NCBI GenBank assembly: GCA_012295275.1
Contig: CM022670.1
Coordinates: 40,796,001-40,860,000, forward strand
Direction: 5' to 3'
Source: Chrysomallon squamiferum
Taxonomy: Eukaryota > Animalia > Mollusca
DNA length: 64,000 nt
The notes under the pieces were generated by a model. It was given only the letters and a program-made list of their open reading frames with translations. It did no database searches and had not been told where the DNA came from. How positions within the stretch are numbered: the stretch's first letter is position 1; each line of letters opens with the position of its first letter. A program made the translations under genes and the position numbers. Of this stretch, positions 57,213 through 64,000 are shown piece by piece.

Positions 57213-57623
57213 TTACTACTACTACTACTACTACTCTACTGCTACTGCAGCTACTTCTACTAACTACTACTACTACTGCTAACAATAATTAAAGAAAAAT
57301 GAAGTCTACAAATTATAAGAAATGGTCAATTTAAATAGAAAAAGAAGAAGACGGAAAAGAAAAGTTGTTACGTATTGATCATTATACTATTATTTAGGAA
57401 ACAAACGTTCAGTGCCGTGAATTGTATTCTAACAGTAAAATGACCTTTATGTGGTTGTATGTTAGTTAGTTTTTATATGAAATGTTGGAGTAAAAAAGTC
57501 AAGAATTAACTGTTTTATTTATTGTTTTGTTTGGATTTTTATTTATTTATTTATTTATTTATTTATTCATTATACTATATTATAATTATACCGTACTACA
57601 TTATATTATATTATATTATATTA

Positions 57624-57716
<93 letters not shown>

Positions 57717-59009
57717 TTATTTTTTATTTTTTTTTTCGTAAATATTAAAATAATGTCTCTACTTGGGCGCATAGTTCATAAAAGTTAACACAAAATTTTA
57801 TAAATCACAATTTCTTATTGTTTCTATATAATGTATCTGTTGTCTGTCAGTCTATCTGTGCACTCACACAAATTAATTTTTAATCCGCTTGTTAAAAAGA
57901 GTAAATAGATATTAATTTTCTAACTCGCGATCTCTGACTGCGTGTATCTGTATATCTATCTGGCTGTCATACACAAATATAAACTTAACTGTTCTTGTCT
58001 TTCAGAATGTGATGATTGGAATGGGTCAAAAGGACAGCTACGTCGGAGACGAAGCACAAGCGAGGAGGGGCATGCTGTCTCTCAAGTACCCCATCTCCCA
58101 CGGCATCGTCACCAACTGGGACGACATGGAGAAGATTGGCACCACACTTTCTACAACGAGCTGCGCGTGGTGCCAGAGCAGCACCCCGTTCTCCTGACCG
58201 AGGCTCCGCGCAACCCGAAGTCAAACCGCGAGAAGATGACGCAGATCATGTTCGAGACGTTCAACACGCCAGCCATGTACGTCGCCATTCAGGCGGTGTT
58301 GTCGTTGTATGCATCGGGCCGCACCACGGGCATCGTCCTCGACTCCGGCGATGGCGTCACGCACACTGTCCCCATATACGAAGGTTACGCCTTGCCGCAC
58401 GCCATTGAGAGGCTCGACTTCGCGGGACGGGATCTCACGTACTACCTGTCGAAGATCCTCACTGAGCGAGGCTACTCCTTCAGCTCGACGGCAGAGATGG
58501 AAATAGTGAGGGACATCAAAGAAAAACTCTGCTACGTCGCCGTGGACTTTGAGCAGGAGATGAACGCCGCGGCTTTGTCGTCAACGTTGGAGAAGAGCTA
58601 CGAGTTACCAGACGGTCAGTTGATAACCATTGGCAACGAGAGGTTCCGGTGCCCCGAGGTGGTGTTTCAGCCATCTTTTCTCGGTCTGGAGTCTGCCGGC
58701 ATACACGAAACGACGTACAACTCCATCATGAAGTGCGACGTCGACATCCGTAGAGACCTCTACGCCAACACCGTCTTGTCTGGAGGCTCCACGATGTTTC
58801 CTGGCATTGCAGACAGAATGAGGCAAGAAATAGTGAGTCTCGCGCCTAGTGCTATGAAGATCAAAGTTATTGCTCCTCCAGAGAGAAAGTACTCCGTCTG
58901 GATTGGAGGTTCTATTTTGGCTTCACTGTCTACATTCCAACAGATGTGGATCAGCAAACAGGAATATGACGAATCCGGACCAGCCATTGTCCACAGAAAA
59001 TGTTTCTGA
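56957..59009 (+). CDS. Act: Divergent actin (376 aa if one missing T at 58136-58137 is restored; assembly error or young pseudogene)
   Basis: join(56957-57082,58006-59009), intron after ...FPRYQ (position 41/42). Motifs [95 protein letters not shown]. Confidence 0.92.
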
Positions 59010-59365
59010 GATGTCGATGACTGAACGGAGCAAAGAAAATACTTTTATCTGTCGATTCAACTGGACGCTGTTTTGATTTTGTCAAACTTGTCATCAAAAA
59101 AATCCCTGACGAAACGATTATTTTCCTGTAGAAAATGACTCTCGTGGTTGCTGAATAATAAGATCTCACATAATTAGATGACGAAACGTGAGACTTGAAT
59201 GTTAATGAAACCCTCATGAAGCGATGTTTATTTTATTAAAATATATTTATATACATAAATTTTATTATCTTTTATGATTCAAAAATACTTGTTAATTGTA
59301 TTATGGAAAATAAAAATAATAAATGATGATTAATTTTTTTTCGATGTTTATGCTAACCTGTGATA

Positions 59366-59371
<6 letters not shown>

Positions 59372-59435
<64 letters not shown>
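59372..59435. repeat. (AG)n microsatellite
   Basis: Direct reading. Confidence 0.9.
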
Positions 59436-59438
<3 letters not shown>

Positions 59439-59981
59439 ATTAGTAATTAGTACTTGGAAACTGATGTCAGCATCATTTTACTTGAAAACATGCATTAAAA
59501 CTAACCAGTTGCAGAATCCATCTTTTTCAACGTTAATAATAAAATGTAAAGATGATTTTCATCATAAATGAAAAACCTGTTACACAAACTGATAAAACTC
59601 CAAAGGAATTAAGGATCAGGGACCACCTACGTTGAAAGTTTTATGAAGATAATTATTAAATAGAAATAGAACTTGAATTATCTGAATGTGATATTTAAAG
59701 ATAAATTGTTTCACCGATGACAGAACGCGCGGTACGTGATGAGCGAGAAGGGGAGGTAATTACGATGGTCTCACAAAATTTCTTCTTTAGCGGTAAATTA
59801 CTTTTTGAAAATAACGTGAATTTAGTAGAAGAGCACATTTTCATGCACTGATGAATAAAATGATGTTCTGTACTGAAATTAAAATCAAAATTATTATTAT
59901 TATTATTATTATTATTTTTTTTTTGGTAGCTTTTATTTCTTTCTATATTTATTTATTTTATTTTATTTTATTTTATTTGAC

Positions 59982-60095
59982 CTTTTTGAAAATTGTATCT
60001 CCATTTGTAGTCTTTGCTAGCAGACTGCAGGTAGCTGGCCAGGTTGCCTGCTATGGCTGTTGTGAAAACAAGAGTTGTGCATATCCAAAATGGAC
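59982..60095 (-). pseudogene. Orphan duplicate of YIPF exon 5 with flanking intron (~59940-60360)
   Basis: 114 nt, 3 substitutions versus 52696-52809, both splice sites intact, intron homology to ~52660-53070. No other duplicated YIPF exon was seen nearby. Confidence 0.85.
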
Positions 60096-60359
60096 CTGTT
60101 GAAAAAAAAAAAAAAAAAAACATAAAAAAGAAAATGTAATTTTATAAATCTTAATACAATTTAAAACAGCAAAATAATTAATATTATTTATCAGTTATCA
60201 TACATGAATATTATTAAAAATAAATTAGCTATACTTATAATTATCAGTCTGTCTGTAAATGCATCTAGCTGTAACCATGGAAATAAATCCATGACGACCG
60301 AACCTTGTGTGACAAAACTGAACCTTGACCTTAGTGCCAGTCTATGACATTATCCTTTA

Positions 60360-60392
<33 letters not shown>

Positions 60393-60587
60393 TTAGTGGA
60401 ACTTTTCGAATAGGTTAATACTGTTCATTATCTATTTCTCTTGAAAGTGGCAACGAAAAAAGATATTAAAATAAGAAAACCATACTACTACCATCACCAC
60501 CACAACCAACATCAACAACAACAAGGATAATAGCAAGATTTAAAAAAAAAATAATAATAATAATTTTTTATTAATTATTATTATTAC

Positions 60588-60639
<52 letters not shown>

Positions 60640-62151
60640 TTACTATTAATAATAATAATAATAATAGCAACTGTGGTTATCATATACAAAATACAAATAG
60701 TCCATGCATTATCTGTATCATCTCTGCGGTCAAACATTACATATAAAACACATCAGCAAAGATGGACCAGATACATATGTCTGTTCGAAAATCCGCAGTG
60801 AAAGATGACAAGAGTTCAAAGGTCAGCTATCTCGTCCCTGAAGTCTGCCGCTCGTTGTTTGTATGCACAATAACACTTAAAAGTCGAGATTACTTGCACA
60901 TTCAATTACATGGCAACCGTTCCTCTTTCGTGTTTGTGTATTGGTTCTGCATTTATGATCCATAACGCTGTAAAGTTAGAGGCTCGACGAAACAGCTCGC
61001 GCTCTTTCTTGGAATGTGTTCGTAATTATTTTCAAAATAGGATAGTAAAAGGTGGCTTCTTTCTGAGGCGACTAAACCATTAAGCAATTATCAGAACTGC
61101 AGCGTCAGGCAAAGAAAGAAATCTCATTTCGCAGTGCTGGGATTTTTTTCGTTTTCTTTTTTCGTTTATTTATTGAATTTTTTTTTTTTTTTTTTTTTCG
61201 GAAACATTCGGCTATCTCCGTATCTTTCGAAAAATGCAGTCTACGAAAAAGTTTCTGAAGTTTTCATGACTATTTTAACCTACGTGCGTTTTAGGGTGGT
61301 ATATAAATTCAAAATTTTTATTCCATCATTTTTTAATTGCTATGATGTTTTCATAAATAAAAGAGAACGATAACTAATTCGTGAAATATAAATTCACTAT
61401 TTATACTGTCACTGTTTTTCCTAAACTATTTCAGTGACATTCAACCTCAAGTTTTTAATCAGGAAATTTTGTTCACCCGCGGCGAAATTTCCATATCTTT
61501 TTGATAATTTTTGTTTCTTCTGTGTATATATTATACTTCATTTTGCTGTATGTGCAGAAAATTATGTGCGATAAATTAATCCATTTAGTAAGTGTTTTTG
61601 TTTTACTGAACATCCTGAAAATATTAAAGAAACCTAACCCTGACAAAGAAAATTATTAAAAAAACGTTTTGCCTTCTTTAAAAAAAGTATAAGTTACATT
61701 AGTTATATATCTCTAACGCGATGTATTAAAATAATTAAAACGTAATGACAAAATTATAATAATATTATATAATTATATAAATAATTTTTTTAGAAAAGAC
61801 AATAAAACAGATTGAGTGGGAAGGAAGAAGATAAAAGTGTATGTGTGAAAGATAGAAAGAAAAACAAAGAATGAGAGAAAGAGACAGAAAGAAAGGCGGA
61901 AAGAGAGTGTATAGATAATTTCCCTGTGTCTAGGAAATGAATTAGATATCGTAATATTAGACCTCGCGATTTTAGAGATATCAGTGGAAGAAACATTCTA
62001 CAGCAATATGAAGTGAATTAAGACATTTACTCTACATTTTATTCATTCTTCATCAAATCCCTGGCGAGTCAGTCACTGAATCATGTTGTCATAGGCTCCT
62101 ATGGTATGAGATGTTCTTAGACCATTTGTGCATAGAATCGATTCTGTTCAC

Positions 62152-62199
<48 letters not shown>

Positions 62200-63059
62200 A
62201 GTTCTGTTATCGACTAGTCTGTATAGACCTGATTAATCGAATAGATTAATCGAATAGATTAATCGTGCCATTTTGTTTTATGTTTAATAAATGTAAAGGC
62301 TATACATACATTTTTTTTTTTAAATTGTTTTAGAAGAAAACAATTTTATGAATTTTAAATAATTAGAAACCCCATTTTATGTATGCATGTTTGTATGTGT
62401 GTGTGTGTGTGTTTCATTCTGTTAGAAGCATCGAAATAGTCTAAATACGAACATTTCACATTCTTTAGATAACGGATAGAAAGAATGAGTTACGATAGTG
62501 TTCTGTCAAAAATCATTTTAAATATTTTCGTATTTAACTGCAAGACCACACCTCTTGTACACATGTTTAGTCTCAGTATTTTTTTTTTTTTTTTTATTGT
62601 TAGTCTTTAAAAAAAATACTAAAATAAAACAATACCCCCACCCCACAAAAAACCCAAAAAAAAAAAAAAAAAACACCACAAGGGACAACACAACAGATTT
62701 ACAGACGAAACTGGTAACATTTTCAATTCTTCAGACACCAGTGTCTGTTTATATTGTAGCGCTGACGTACCTTTCCTCTGTACATCCCCGAACCAGAGTG
62801 ATTTGCTTATACGTCACGTTATTAAAACAGACGTTCTGGAACGGTTGCTTGTACTAAAAGTAACAATCTGTGACAGATACATGCCATTAAAACAAAAAGC
62901 CCATCGACAACTACGAGCGTGTTCCAGACTCCCCGTATTGACGCGAAGACAACTTTCTCGCCAATATACAAAGATACCGCTCCATTCCCCCAAACTGCGA
63001 AAAGGTGACCTTTTTTCTGGGGTCACGCAGCCTGATTCTCAAACCGTGGCTTACGTTGG

Positions 63060-63241
63060 AGATCGCTCTGTGGCAGTCTACCTCTCTCGCGGGACAGTTT
63101 TTAACACCGGGAATCGCTACCGTAGCGATCTTCTGCCGGGGAAGTTAAGAAAAGAAACGACTGGTTATTCGCGTATTGTTTAGTTTTGTTTTCATTCTCT
63201 TTGTGTTGTCCGGCGATGCTAGACTTCTCTGACGTGATAAG
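63060..63241 (+). other. Possible first (probably non-coding) exon of a gene continuing beyond the window
   Basis: CpG-richer, non-repetitive block (~62700-63240) ending in a consensus donor AAG|GTAAGA at 63241/63242, followed by intron-like AT-rich DNA. The start coordinate is approximate. Confidence 0.3.
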
Positions 63242-63370
63242 GTAAGATATTTCTTTTTTTTTTTTTTTTTTTTTTTTTTTGTGTTAAATAATTCAGTCAC
63301 AAATGCGATTTGTTGTCTGCTAATAATTATAATAAAACAATCAAATAGCTTTTTTAAAAAAAAAAAATTG

Positions 63371-63431
<61 letters not shown>

Positions 63432-63455
63432 TCTTTCCTCTCCCTTTTTTTTTCA

Positions 63456-63487
<32 letters not shown>

Positions 63488-64000
63488 ATTTTCAGCACAC
63501 ATATAACAGACAGTAAGGCATTATATTAAAATACTGCATATCAGAAACTTTATTAATATACATCATGACAGATTACGCAGTTTTATCTCATAACTGGTTA
63601 CATTATGAGAAGAAAAAAAATATTGGATACAAAAACAACACCACCATTGTAAAGTCAAGAAAAGTTTGATATTTAATAACTTTTTAACTTGATTTTAAAC
63701 TGTTTCGGTAATGAAGAGGATTTTAAGAATATTGTTAATTGATGCATTACGCATTATATATACAAACGTATCTTTTTATAATTATATATAGTGTGTAGAT
63801 TTTATTAATTGCGCGAATGTGATCTATCTGTCTACCTACCTACATATATACAAACATACACTCATATACGCACAAACACACACATAAAAACATACGTAAA
63901 CACTATGTGCCAAGTTACTGTAGGTAAAAAATATAACAATTTGTATTAAAAGTGTCATTGTTGAATTATAAACAAATGCAATATGTTTACGAATTTTGAA

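Noticed and set aside
57942-58137. N-terminus of the 355 aa ORF as a novel actin extension
   Set aside because: Artefact of the 1-nt frameshift; the true frame is [12 protein letters not shown]... spliced to exon 1.

Overview
AT-rich, microsatellite-dense eukaryotic DNA, probably a lophotrochozoan/mollusc (inferred from the gene set and the actin intron at codon 41/42). All gene models were built by hand from GT-AG splice sites and reading-frame phase. Left to right: (1) the 3' part of a secreted-type protein gene with at least 4 TSP1 repeats and a Caspr/COLFI-like fibrinogen-related C-terminal domain. It ends in THREE tandem, homologous candidate alternative last exons (7601, 8057, 8393). 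(2) A tandem array of four small signal-peptide + single-NIDO-domain + GPI-signal genes. Two are intact and lie in a recent ~12-13 kb segmental duplication, one is disrupted and one is decayed. Copy 2 has an extra, phase-compatible mucin-stalk/transmembrane last exon that copy 1 has lost. (3) A complete 9-exon YIPF1/2-family gene on the minus strand, head-to-head with (4) a strongly divergent actin that has a CArG-box promoter and a 1-nt frameshift. (5) An orphan duplicate of YIPF exon 5 and a possible first exon of a further gene. Most ORFs in the supplied track are microsatellite or intron artefacts. No rRNA, tRNA or CRISPR features were seen.
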